64,000 nucleotides of DNA from Raja brachyura. Lineage: Eukaryota. How positions within the stretch are numbered: position 1 is the stretch's first letter; each line of letters opens with the position of its first letter. The notes beneath the pieces are model-generated. The model was not told the origin of the DNA, did not search any database, and saw nothing but the letters and a program-made list of their open reading frames with translations. This document shows positions 62,681 through 64,000 of this stretch, one piece after another. The translations under genes were made by a program, and so were the position numbers. The stretch covers positions 56,048,001-56,112,000 of the forward strand of contig OY740790.1 of assembly GCA_963514005.1 (NCBI GenBank). The letters run 5' to 3'.

Positions 62681-63617
62681 TGTGTTTGCATGTTGATGTC
62701 CCATTCCTACTTCCCTACGTTGTGCTTTGTTTTAAGGTTTTGAAATTTCTCTGCATAAAAGGTGGCAAATTCAATATTTTCTTCTTTAAACTGATCTCTA
62801 TTGCTCCTAATGAGCTCAGGGAAAGCACAGATGGAACAAGAACTGCTGATGGCGAAATATATTTAACGAGTAGAAAGCATGAGACATTCCGGTGAAGAAA
62901 TCACTTGAAAGTCATTCAAAGGTTGTATAGTAAGTGAAACAAGTATTGAGATTTCATTCAAATGCATGATGAAAGTTGTTGAGAAGTCGGACTGCATTTC
63001 CTATGAAACTTGAAATTTGAGCAGTGAACAAACTTTTCCTTTTCGTTTTGTAAGTTTGCTTTTGTTGACAAAGGTAAGACGTGTGCATTAGATTGGTATT
63101 GTGGTCTGATTCAGTTAGGTGAAATGGAAACCATCTCCTATTATCCTGCCTATGATAGATTAAAATAAATAACTTTTTCCATAATATGAAAGTTTTATCA
63201 CCGTTCGTTATAAAATGTGATATGCCCTCTGAAATTGTTCAGGGAAACCTCAGTTTTGAAAGTAGTTTCGAGACGGATGTTGCAAGCTGGAAAAGTCTCA
63301 ATAATAAGAAAACGTAGCACCTGAAGATCAAATGAATCAAAGTCCTTATACTGGGAGGCAGCTGTGCAACACGATAAAAATAACTAAGCAATTCCAGTAT
63401 TCTTATCAAGAGTCTCTAAAGTTGTTCCACGGAAGAAAGCTCAAAGTTGAATAAATCTTTTTGAGGAAACATTTGACAGTAATTAAAGCTGGTTCAGAAA
63501 TGATTTCTTGTAGGAGTAATTTTGAGGGTCCTTCTCTCAGTATGGGTCTTGTAAGGGAGAGGCAGTTTTGGAATGAGTTTATACCATTATAGCCTTATCA
63601 TGTTATACAAGATGATC

Positions 63618-63818
63618 CAAGATGGCGCCCAACCCAGGTGGCTCTTTGTGTGCTAATCACGGAAGTGGATCTACAATCGTTCCACTCTTTTAAATCTCTA
63701 CACTGTGGATGGCTCATTTGTAACCATGTATTGATTTCTGTTGACTGGTTAGCACGCAACAAAAGCATTTCACCGTATCCCGGTACACATGACAATAAAC
63801 TAAACTCAAACTCAAACA
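63618..63818 (+). mobile_element. Short bipartite retroelement (CAAGATGGCG head plus Rex1-type 3' tail)
   Basis: Tail is homologous to about 49686-49800 (TACACTGTGGATGGCTC...GGTACACATGACAATAAACTAAAC). Confidence 0.6.
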
Positions 63819-64000
63819 GTGGATTGCACCATTGTTTTAATCTTGTGGAACTCTTGCCCAAACTGATGGTCTCTCTGCATTATTTACAAAGTAGCATTTT
63901 TCAAAATATTACATTAAAAGAAAAGTTTGGCATTCATGTTGAACGTTTAAAGATCTTGGTGTGTCTCAGATAACTATATCGATTATTAAGCACGTTTGAA

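Overview
This is a eukaryotic, repeat-dense, apparently non-coding (intronic or intergenic) window. The repeats (HE1/V-SINEs, HER1-type CR1 LINEs, Rex1/Babar, Penelope-like elements) point to an elasmobranch, most likely a skate or ray; this is an inference. I could not identify any intact host protein-coding exon, and nearly all ORFs in the track are transposon remnants or spurious. The main finding is two same-orientation copies (36740-38033 and 44388-45908) of a non-autonomous Helitron-like element. The complete copy has 5'-TC...CTAG-3' ends and sits between A and T in a CR1 with no target-site duplication (TSD). Both copies carry, antisense, a CpG-rich fragment matching ALG13 exon 1 (MESVFVTVGTTSFDEL...) with its GTGAGT splice donor and flanking sequence. 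The window also holds several young-looking non-autonomous DNA transposons with visible terminal inverted repeats (TIRs) and TSDs: a foldback P-element-like element, four Harbinger-type MITEs, two hAT-like elements and one unclassified element with a 7-bp TSD. Minimal hammerhead-ribozyme-like motifs occur in Penelope-associated repeats. Retroelement boundaries are approximate and were read by eye. There are two N gaps (36583-36739, 37504-37650).
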